A DNA stretch of 64,000 bases, taken from the NCBI GenBank assembly GCA_963693365.1, contig CAVNZM010000013.1:5012640-5076639 (forward strand), read 5' to 3'. Of this stretch, positions 1-46,904 are shown in pieces. Within the stretch, counting starts at the first letter, position 1; the number at the start of each line of letters is the position of its first letter. The notes under the pieces are model-generated. The model was given only the letters and a program-made list of their open reading frames with translations. It was not told the origin of the DNA and did not search any database. This DNA comes from Amoebidium appalachense. Lineage: Eukaryota > Protista > Ichthyosporea. The translations under genes were made by a program, and so were the position numbers.

Positions 1-1062
1 ATAAAGCCCACATTTTAGCTATGAAATGCCGACACGAAAATGCACTAACTAAAATATTATAATATATTTCTAAAATAATATTGTATTATTCCAGGGCAAA
101 GAAGCTGATAGAGCTTTTTTTGGGCGCTGGACAGCAAGCATGTTATGTCTACTTCTCGCACACCCTGGTAGGCTAGCCAATCGGTGAAGTCCGGCTGTTT
201 GTTTTGCCAACCCCAAGATCTAAAATTTAGATGTACAGAAAGGGACTCCCTGCAAGGCCTCCTATTACACAGGGCCGCGGCGCGCTACAGACTAGTACTC
301 GAGGATCTCGAATATGACGTAGCAGGTCCAGACCTAGAAAAATCAATCATCAGATCTTGCAGGATGCAAAACAGACTTCCGCCGGCAAAATCGGAGAAGA
401 CTAAAGACTTGCGCAATATGTAGTACGCTAAAATGCCTCAAAAATGATATTTGATCCAGTCCCCCCCGCGGAGCAGCAAGCACCTCACGTCTTGTATATG
501 CTTTTGTTTCTTGTTCTTGCCAGCCTGAGCGCACCATTGTGTCAGTTGTTGAGGAGAAAGTTCGTCGTGCGGAGGATCGGATCTCTTCTAGGTACGAGTA
601 GGTCTATTTTTTGCTGTGTGGTCTATCTTTAGGTAACATGGGTTGCTGCCTTGTACCTACAAGTCAGTTGCCTCTAAGCACGTTGGGCAATGTGCAACTG
701 CAAGATATTGCATGTGGCTGAGTGTGGCGTGCTGAAGATGCATATTGCGTGCACTTCCCGGTCAGCATTTATTAACTTGTGCCCCCTCTAGCTGCCCATG
801 TATACCTCTGTTTAATAAAGCCGGGCCGGGCAGCGAGTGCGAAGTAAACTCAGGAAGGTAGAAGTGGCTGAGAAAACAAGATCATGATGGCACACAGAGC
901 CAGTATACGTAGCACCAGTAGCACAGCCACAGTCAGTTCGTTTAGCCGAAGTTAGAACAACCTAGACCGTCTACTGCAGCGTCCATGGGACCGGTCCCGC
1001 GGGGGGGGGGGGGGGGGGGGGGAGGGGGGCGGGGGAAGGGGGAGACAGGTGACGGGCAGCCT

Positions 1063-1105
<43 letters not shown>

Positions 1106-2720
1106 GGTGCACAGTACAAAGTTAGAAATAAACTGACTGAGCGAGAGATAAACGAGAGTCAGAGGAGAAGTGGAACACATGTACAGGCATCCCTAGAAAG
1201 CTACTCTAATGTTGATTGGATCTAATATTAGTCAAGAGTGTCAGAAGGTACCGGCGAGGCAATGAACTCAGTGCACTTCCTGAATTATTGGGGGGAGGGG
1301 GTGGGGCGGGAAGAGGGGGACGGGAGGAGGGGGGGGGGGGGGGGGTATAGTGGTAGCGGTAACTTGTGGGGGCGGGGGGGAGAGAGTCGGGCGGTGGGGG
1401 AAGGGGGGACCTCACGTGCACGTGGTACGCGCACGGACACTGCACGATGAGCACAATAACGCTGCCCCCAATAGTTTATTATCATAAGTTATGATACTTG
1501 ACCGTAACGAAGTATATACAGGTTGGTGGGTGGAAAGAATAGTATTTGGTCATCAGGCGGCACACGGCTGCGTGCTAGGAGGGGGGCGGGGCTGAGGGGG
1601 GGGGGGGGGGGGGGGGGGGGGGAACACAGCCCCACCCCCGCCAGGTGGGTCCCTCCCCGCGGCCGCGCCCACCCATCCCTGAGTTTGCCTTGGGGAGGCG
1701 GGGTTGACCTGAGGGGGGAGGGCAGAGGGGGAACCCACTCACCCCGGGGGGGAGAAGGGGGGAGGGGGGTCGAACCGAACCACCAGTTCGGAGCGTTGCT
1801 GGGCTAATCCCATCCTCATTCAAGGTTCCCTTAGAGTATAATGCACAGAACTCCGGGAAGCTAAGCGAAAACCTTCATTGTGGTGAGATCTACATTGAAT
1901 GCCCTGTAGTAGCTTGCAACATCTCATAATGACCTAGCCGTGGCCAGTCTGCCTCGGAGATCCGTGCATCCCAAGCAAGAACAGAGCACTAAAAGCCATG
2001 GCTTTGTTATTATATATGTATGTATACTTATTGGCCATTTTCATGTGGTTGTCTTCCTGATTCTTCCTGAAGGCACTACCGTTAGTAGTAGTAGTGGTGG
2101 TGGTTTCTTCTGTTTTCCTGTTAGTTTTGCAGGCGCCGGGGCCGATCGATCGATCGATCTAGGCCTGGACCACCTACGTCACGAGCCCGCACATACGTAT
2201 CGTGCCGCGGCCCAGTTAGTATATACTGTAGGATATACTGTAGTATATACTGTAGGAGGTCTTGACTCCCTGCCGAGTCCCCGAAGAACAACTTGAAGCG
2301 GCTTGTTCAACACACGCTTGCATAATACATAACCAATTCATAAAGCTTTGAACTAAAAAAAAATACGAAAGACATATATCTTTATCACTAGAAGGCCTTG
2401 CCAGTATACATTCAAGTTTTCAAGCACAACCCACCCACCCCATGATGGATGGGCACATGGACATGCATACCTCTTCTGGCAAGTGCACCATGTGAATTCG
2501 AACCTGTGCACGTGACCGTTGAAGGTGTCGCATTCACGCCATGCACACGTACACACACTCGAGCTCACACGTGCATGGTGCACAAGAAACACACACCAAA
2601 CCTTCACCATTGCAGCTGTATTACCAAAACCTGCGCATGTACACCACTGGTCACACCAGCACGTGCTCACCTGTCAACACTGCACACATGTACTAGTACT
2701 GCGCGCGCCACTACTGACAT

Positions 2721-2759
<39 letters not shown>

Positions 2760-3880
2760 AAAAAAAAAAAAAAAAAACAAAAAAAAAAAACAAAAAAAAA
2801 CACCACAAATATTTGTGCACGCAACACACCCATGACACCGATACATAGATAATGCATGTTGCAATGCCATGCACATGTAGACACGATATCGGATCGATGA
2901 TGTTCGATTTCTGCAATCGTTCTTTCGATAACATTGTGAATGAGTGTTGAAATTTGCTTCTCCTCTTTGACCGTTGCTTCGTGTGAATTGTTTCTGTACA
3001 TGTCGTGCAGCCTGTACATACCGACAAAGTATCCAACTCAACTCATAACTATAGAGATACTTGTGTGTACGAAAGTCTCCAATTACAAGACAAGCACCTA
3101 TTATTCCCAGATTTCAGCGGTTTTCACATGGGTGCATCACGGTCTTCGTTCAAGTCATGACGTAAAGGGGCCACCCCGGACAACAATTGTGTGGCAATGC
3201 TACAAGCAACATGCGAGTATTTTACTGTTGGCACACGCCAAAAAAACAGAAGCCTCTAATTGCGTGGCATACCCGCACTGCGTGCATGCATTGCACATCA
3301 ACTGTACATGTAGGACTGTGTCGAAAACAAGAGAGCATGACGCATACAAAGATTATCGTTAAACAATTTTTCGTCAGCATTACTACGAGCGATTATGCAT
3401 ATGTAACTCAATTCTAACTATTCCAGCGACAAGTTAGTACGAAATCTAAACGGTGACTTGGGATCTTACGTGCATTAGAAGTAAAATACCCCCCCCCCCC
3501 CCCCCCCCCCCCCCCGGGAACAACCACCACCACCACCACCACCACCACCACCACCTCGCTGTAACTCCCGCCCCGCCCGTCAGCACACAACTATTCCAAA
3601 GGGGAACACAAGAAAGCCCTAGGAAATAATGTTATGCATTGGCCCACAAATTTCCAAACACGGCTACAATAGAATGTTCAAGTTAAGGAAGCACGGGAAA
3701 TTGGGAACTTGTACAAGTTGATGAAGCACAAGAAATTATCTTTACTTAAGAAACCACACAAGGAATTTCTAAGACATAACCGTTTTGACCGTTCATATTG
3801 CTGCTATTACTTGTTGCGTGTGTGAGTGTGTGTGTGAGCTAGTGTGCGAAGAAGTGGAAGTAAGTTTATGTGTCCGTGCC

Positions 3881-3911
<31 letters not shown>

Positions 3912-4177
3912 GGGGGGGGGGGGGGGGGGGAAGGAAGGGGGAGGAGGAGGAGGAGGAGGAGAGGGGGGGGGGGGGGGGATTATAAATAATTCTAGAAAAA
4001 AGGTGCAGAGTATTCACGAAGCACAATCACATGCTTGACATATGATCAATATCCCCTACACACATTCCACAATACCAAATAAGGCACATCCCTCCCCCCT
4101 CCCCTCCCCCAACCTTCCCATAAACACAATTCACACCGTTAAAACGAAAAACTTAGTGGGCAAAAAAAAAAGAAAAG

Positions 4178-27870
<23,693 letters not shown>

Positions 27871-29226
27871 CTACGCCTCTCCTTCGGTTAAAGCAGATGA
27901 AGTTCTTCGTAGTCATGTAAGAAAACACCGAACAAGTGAACGGTTCTACGATAAAGATCCCAAAGAACAAACCACAAATCCCTGTACAAGTCCAGGATCG
28001 ACGTGTCACAGCTACACCTTGGGCTTCTAAGTGATTAATGATATCTGTATTATGGCAATAGGGCTTCTCACTTACATGCATATGTATTGGAAACCTTTGT
28101 ATGTTCAGATCTATATGTTCGGTTTTGGACTCGGATTTGCTTGGTTTCATGCAAAGTATATTCTGCAGCTGAAGCTTCGTTTCTGTGCACCGGCCTTGCA
28201 CACACTGTTCGGCACTTCAATCTTGTTGGTGCGCAGCGCACCACAGAACCTGGCATAGTCCATAAATAGTGACGTCATAGTTTTAGAAGGAGTGGTCTCG
28301 GTGCATATACGTATACTATGACGTGTACGTGCTATGCTTACTGGATCTACCATGAATACTCATGCAGTAGAACCTGGATCACCACCATTTTATTTTGAGA
28401 ATAAATGACTCATTATCTTGAAGCCACTTGAAGAGTCAAATAACACTGTACCTTGCCAGCCGCCGCTGGACATACATACACAATGATATGATACATATTC
28501 CCGCCATATTACTGCACATCATCAAGTTCCCGCCATATTACTGCACGAAAGAGGCACATTTAGAGTTATTGTTTTTAGACTAAACGCATCTGGCTCAGTG
28601 AAATGATTGGACCAAATCCCATTTATGATCTTTGGTTATTTTTAGCATCCCTGATTGGTAAAGTTGCTATATTTAGGATCGGGGCTTCAAATTGTCCGTG
28701 GCTTTCACCCCAGTGTATTTGTTCATAGGGGGAGGACTTTCATGTGGGCTGTATTTTGAGCTCCACGGACCTTTCCAAACCTCATGGTATATTTATTGAT
28801 TTCATTTATGAGCATCTAATTTTTGCAAGGATTTTTGGATGACGCCATGGCTCACAGCCTCACAGCCTCACACACTTGTGCTGTCGACGACATGACAGGG
28901 TGCGAATCGGCTTGTAATGGGCCAATACGGAAGAACCTGATTGGCCAAGGCCCAACTATGACATCATCCTTGGGCTTGGGGGCCGGCTCAGTCAAAATTT
29001 CTGTGTCACCGTTTACGGTTTGCAACGTTTTTGTCTCGAGCTTCGTGAGTCAGAGAGTGGTCGATGCTGAGTTTAACCATAAGTAAAGTAAAGTATACAA
29101 GGCTTGGGAGCACCACTTTTCGGTGAATAGGTGACAAGTTATAGCAGGGCTTCTTTGTGTTGTACGATTTACGGTCGGTCTATCAACTAAAGTAGTTGGC
29201 CTGTGCGGAGCTGGAGACGTGCAACC
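27871..29226. promoter_or_regulatory. Divergent (putatively bidirectional) promoter region between the PKD-like gene and VPS4
   Basis: Head-to-head start codons ~1.36 kb apart. The region lacks microsatellites and long homopolymers. It has CCAAT/ATTGG boxes in both orientations (about 28606, 28654, 28922, 28940) and a duplicated 20-mer, TTCCCGCCATATTACTGCAC. Confidence 0.55.
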
Positions 29227-40854
<11,628 letters not shown>

Positions 40855-41045
40855 GCAAGCAAAAGAAACGAAACATGTTTTGTCTGCAGATACATTGGAT
40901 AATGATGGCTATTTCAAATTCGTTAGACCATGGGTTGTTTCCAATTGTCTTGCCGTGGATTGTATCCATTCCATTTACAGATAGTTTGGTGGTTGTCTTG
41001 AAGAAATTTTCAATTTTGTTTTCCCTTTTTGTTTTCTTTGGAGGA

Positions 41046-41048
<3 letters not shown>

Positions 41049-41080
<32 letters not shown>

Positions 41081-41951
41081 TGAATGCGGAACACAGTACG
41101 AAGTACGCATAGACGATGAGAAGCATGATGCAGGACACATGCAAAGGCAAACATTCAAGTATGCAGCATCAGCCATGCGCACAGTATGCGTCATAAGCAG
41201 AGCCCATCCTCAGGGAGGGCCCAAGTCATCAATTGCGTCTGAGTTTCGACCCCTTAGCCCGCGTATATACGACGCTCCAACTCAGACAGCAGCATCAACT
41301 GAACTTGGGTGGGTCAACCCGTCTTGATCAAAGACGAGCAGGGTTGCTTATGCAAGCAAGGTGAGCAAAACGGTGAAGATGTGTGTGCAAACTAATGCAG
41401 TGCAGCGACAAACGCGTATGTGCTTACAGATGCACGACACAGAGCAACCATGCCCGGTTGCATGGAAGTAAAGATGTCTCCACACAGTGGTCTGTCCTGA
41501 AAGGACACCTCTGAAAGAAGACAGGGGGGGTTTGAATGCGGAACACAGTACGAAGTACGCATAGACGATGAGAAGCATGATGCAGGACACATGCAAAGGC
41601 AAACATTCAAGTATGCAGCATCAGCCATGCGCACAGTATGCGTCATAAGCAGAGCCCATCCTCAGGGAGGGCCCAAGTCATCAATTGCGTCTGAGTTTCG
41701 ACCCCTTAGCCCGCGTATATACGACGCTCCAACTCAGACAGCAGCATCAACTGAACTTGGGTGGGTCAACCCGTCTTGATCAAAGACGAGCAGGGTTGCT
41801 TATGCAAGCAAGGTGAGCAAAACGGTGAAGATGTGTGTGCAAACTAATGCAGTGCAGCGACAAACGCGTATGTGCTTACAGATGCACGACACAGAGCAAC
41901 CATGCCCGGTTGCATGGAAGTAAAGATGTCTCCACACAGTGGTCTGTCCTG
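41049..41951 (-). mobile_element. Two tandem, apparently identical copies (452-bp period) of the poly(C)-tailed repeat, downstream of VPS4
   Basis: 41079-41499 is repeated at 41531-41951. Each copy abuts a G tract on plus (about G30 and G7), which is a poly(C) 3' end on minus. Homologous to 33078-33340. Confidence 0.85.
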
Positions 41952-42847
41952 TGGGGCATTTGGCTTTGAAATATTTGTATTTGAGGAGGGGGGGGGGGGG
42001 GGGGGGGGCATTTGGCTTTGAATTATTTGTAATGTAGATGTATGTGTAAGTTCAGTGACTTGCTGTGTGTGGTGCTGTGAGAGAAAATTCGCTCGTTCTG
42101 TGTGAGTAGGGTTGCATGTTGACTGTACTAAATGCAGTTCGTGTCGGACGCCGTTAGCTGGTTTATAATAACATTGCTAATACAGGTTGTGCGCGCGCAT
42201 GCACTAAATATGACATATATATACACAGGCGCATACGTGGACTTGCAGGAGCCTGAGAGAAAATGGATATGATAGGCTTGTTTGGCTGAGTGGGTTTCAA
42301 GAATTCGAATGTGTAGTACTTGCGAAACTAAATATTGTCAGTCACCACTTTGGGCACTTCGGTAGAGGGTGAGTGGTAGCTGACAGGCTGACAAGAGCAG
42401 GAAACTCGGGGGCCGTGCCCGTAACTAAACCAAGCTTTTTAAAACCATGATATTCAGTCCACCACGTCAGAATAACAAGAAAGTGAAATAGCAGTTGCCC
42501 CCCCCCCCCTCCCCCCCCCACACACACAAACACGCGCATATGGGAACACCGGTACCACCACCACCGCCATTGAATATCCAACGTGTCTGCTGTAGTACAT
42601 TTACTACGGTTTTATTCAGGCCCGGGCCAGATCCAATTTATATCCGGCACTAGGCGTGCATGGCCCAGGCCCATGAGGCCCCCCCCTCCTCCTCCTCCCT
42701 CTCTCTCTCTCTCTCCTCCCTCCCCCCCCCCCCCCCCCCCACCCACCACCACCACCACCACCCCACCCCACACCCACCCACCCACCCACCCACGTGCACA
42801 CCCATGTGCAGTGCACACAAACACGTCAAACAAGGATTCCGAAACAG

Positions 42848-42881
<34 letters not shown>

Positions 42882-43253
42882 AATATCGGCTTAAAGAAGT
42901 ACGAGTGAGTGCGAACACCGTGCACAAGACTCCCACGACGCATGCACAAAATCCAGCAAATAGAATGTTTTCAGCCTGGGGCGCTTGCGATTGGGGCATA
43001 CAAATACCGCTCGGCTGCTTGAGCTCATATGCAGCATGTGTTTTCCGTGAGGCCACGTACCCGACCGACACAGCGAAACACATGCGCACACAGCCACACA
43101 CACACATATGTACACCCTGTTAACTGACATCTGTCAGTATTCCCCCAACCACGGCCGCTTTTGTTTGCATCATGACTCACGGTGGTAACTGTTGTCGTTT
43201 GCTTCAAAGATTAGGAAGGGGTGGGGGAGGAGGTGAGGAATGGGGGGAGAGAA

Positions 43254-43288
<35 letters not shown>

Positions 43289-43601
43289 GAGGGAGAGGGG
43301 AGGAAGGGGGGGGGGAGGGGGGGGGGGGGGGGGGGGGTACGTGTATACATCGGGGCAAAATGAATGGGGAGACTCCCAAAAGGGGGCTATCTACGGTGGA
43401 GGGATGGGGTAAAGGACATCGCAGGAGCCTAGGAGGCTGCTGAGCAAAAGAAATCAAAAGGGGGAGGCAGGGAGGGGGGGGGGGGGGAGGGGGGGGGAGA
43501 GGAGGGGGGGGGGGGGGGGGGGGGAAGGAGGAAGCGGGGAAGGGGGAAGAGAGACAGAGAAAGAGAGAGGGAGAGGGAGAGGAGAGGGAGGGGGGGGGGG
43601 G

Positions 43602-43636
<35 letters not shown>

Positions 43637-43647
43637 GGAGAGACTCT

Positions 43648-43685
<38 letters not shown>

Positions 43686-43723
43686 AGGGAGGGACAGAGA
43701 GAGAGGGAGAGTCTCAGAGAGAG

Positions 43724-43793
<70 letters not shown>

Positions 43794-44412
43794 GGAGAGG
43801 GGGGGGGGGGGGGGGGGGGGGGGGGGAGAAAGGCAGGAGAGAATTCGGAATGCACGAGAGCATGCCAGCAACCACGTAGTCACATCACCCTATAAACTGC
43901 TGTATAGTCGTCATCCTCCCCCCTCACCCCTCCCCCCCCCTCCCTTCCCCCCCCCCCCCCCCCCCCCTCCCCACCTCTCCACCCCGCCTGCCATATATGA
44001 AGAAAGAAAATTTTTTGAAGGCACGGTCTTACTTCCAACCCCGTTGGGTTGGCATGGCAAAAGATGATCCAATGTGCATGCCTGCGCACTTGCATGTCAA
44101 CGTGTGCGCTTTCGCCCGCCACATGGCACATGTTGCACGAATCAGCAGTATGGTGTGAGTGGGTGTACTTGTAGAAGTGCATATGCTCACCGCAATGTGA
44201 CACGTGCCACACTCACATCCAAACCCACACACACACACCGAGTCTCCTCGTTGTGACAAAGAAGTTGTGGCAAACACATCGTGATATTGATCGATGCAGC
44301 ACTGTGGCATAGTGATTCTTTCACCTCGCAAGTCTGTGAGACTTCAGCTCGTTGTATGCATAAGCTAGAAATTATTAATTGGTTGAAATCTAGAAGGAAG
44401 CTAGTAAAATAA

Positions 44413-44447
<35 letters not shown>

Positions 44448-44708
44448 CGCCCGCCCGCCCGCCTGTCTATCCACTGCCCACCTTCCCCCCGCCCCTTGCC
44501 AAATGGGGCAGCCGCTTTCCCCGAAATCTCACTTCGAGAAGCTTGTTTCCTTCGGCCGATTACAACCCCCAACCCCCTACCCCCCCACCCCCACCCACAC
44601 CCAAACCATCACCATCACCACACACACACACATCACGCGGTTACTTGCAATTGGAATAAAAGACCAGCATCTAGTATGACAATGTGTGCATGCTTTTGGC
44701 ATCTTTTC

Positions 44709-44759
<51 letters not shown>

Positions 44760-45063
44760 GAGGGGGATCTTCATGTGTGAAGTGTGGTGTTTTGTGCACT
44801 ACAGCGCAGTAATAGTGCACGACGCCTTTGCAGGGGTTTCGTAAAGAGGGAGATGGGCGGGCCCGGTGTCTACTATCCTTGACCGTATCTTACCCGGCAC
44901 TACGTATAAATATTATTTGTGCAGGAGGCCTAGGACATACATGTACCCACGTATCTATTTAAACGGCTTATCTGGGCGAAGGGGATAAGGTTCTCGAAGG
45001 GAGGTTTCTAATAATGCCCCAATGAGCAAGGGGCAGGAGGTGGGCGGTGGGCCCGGCCCCGGT

Positions 45064-45105
<42 letters not shown>

Positions 45106-45829
45106 CCAGCCGGAGCAGTATGGCATAATAAACTCTAGACCGACCATAGATATATAGCAGACTCTCCGTAACCAACTCCTGAAAGAAACATTACGGGTCG
45201 TTGTGGTGGTTTGTGGTCACACGTTTATAGGGCATTATAGACCTAGGGATGGCGATGGGCAAGATTGGGCCCCACCATGATCACGCTAGATTTAGCCGTG
45301 GTTACGAATGTGAGATCCGAGCAGACAGCTGAGAAAAGAAAAAGATGCGAGGGATTCGTATAGTGCAGGATAGCACTTCGTTTCCCGGTGACTTGCTCAA
45401 CATATTGCAAAGAAGAAACAGATGGGAATATTTAGTCAGATGCTTGATGCAATGTCAATGGCCTGGCCATGGGGACGGTGCCACTTCTCCCTTTCCTCCT
45501 CCCCTCCCCCCTCCCCCCGGACCTCCCTGGCGTAGGGGCGTCTCCCCCCTCACCCCGGGCCTCCCCTTTACTCTCCCTTTCCTACCCCTTTACCCTCCCT
45601 CTCCCCCCCCCCCCTCCCTCCCCCCGCCCCCCTCCCCTCCCGCCCCTCCATCATATTCAAGTTAAGCCCCACTTGACTTGCTAACCGTGGCACCGTTACT
45701 GGCAACACCGGGCCATCTCTCAGTTGCATACATCCCCGGCTCGAAGGCAACGCGACCAGGCCTACTGAGGTGACCACCCTTTTCCCAGAAAAAGCACCCG
45801 TGGCCCCCAAGAATAAGTGATTAAATGAA

Positions 45830-46904
45830 GAAATAATCTACCTTTCAGCAGACTGAGTGTTTGCCAACACTGTTTGGTTGAACACGTAATTTAGTAAATC
45901 TGATTCCGCGGAATCCGGGCGTTCCAAAAGACACGTGGAAGCGTTTGTTCGCTCTTTAAAAATTTATCCAGCAGCATGTGGTCCAGCATTCCAACCTTGT
46001 CACTCAGTAAAAATTTATCGCATTTATTTGCCCTCCTCAGGCATCGTGACGTCATAGTACAAAAACGCCACTCGGTTGGATCCGGTAACAAAGCGCGGAC
46101 TGGAATGTGGGTTTGATTGGCTCTTTGAATGTGTGAGCGTCCAATTATTTGGTGGTTGGATCGATAATGAGCGCGTGTCCGATCTTTGATACCGATCCCC
46201 AAACGGGCCGAAACGAAGATTTTGCACATCATTTGATAAAAAGACGATTGCTACAGTTCCTTTTTCCCAGAGAGTGATCTATTTAGTTTCTCACATGTCG
46301 TTAGGTGTTGTCGAATGCATCTGCCGCATTTATCGCCAGTTATTGCTTCTTTTTCGTTACCTTTCCCTTTACAATGGTTTTTCGGGTCGTGGAATGACCA
46401 TCTTCGACCCGGGACCACATCAAGACTTTGTTTGTGGCCCGTCATTAAAACAGGAATCTAAGTCATTAATTCAAATAGGGAAATGTTCTCACTCTGCGCC
46501 AATCACAACGCGCGCTTATGAATCAGATCGATCTGCAGCGCATCAAGGAAACAAACGGAAAACAGAAGCCGTTTTAGCGCACAACGTGCCTCAACGCACA
46601 TGTTTTGACACCCCAAACAAACACAACCCAAAGGAAGGGATTGCTTATCAGCGCACAAACACACGGGAACTTTTGTACTCACATGTATAGTTTTCTTTCC
46701 TTTACGAGACAACCATTTCTGGTGTGGCATACGCAAAGGGTTCGTGCGAAGGCGGTTGTTTTGTCTTGGTGTTTTGAATGTACACAACTTAGATAATTGA
46801 CAGATCCAAGAGAAAAGTGACACGTTTTCCTGTGTAGTTTCCAGAGCATAGTTCACGGCAACCCAAAGGCCTTTTCTGTATTTTTTTTTTACTATTCTTT
46901 CAAC
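45830..46904 (+). promoter_or_regulatory. Putative promoter/5' UTR of the zinc-finger gene
   Basis: Microsatellite-free ~1 kb with a CRE-like palindrome TGACGTCA (~46047) and CCAAT/ATTGG boxes (~46116, 46141, 46499). Confidence 0.4.

Noticed and set aside
184-632. Short ORFs at the window start
   Set aside because: No recognisable motif and no consistent exon chain.
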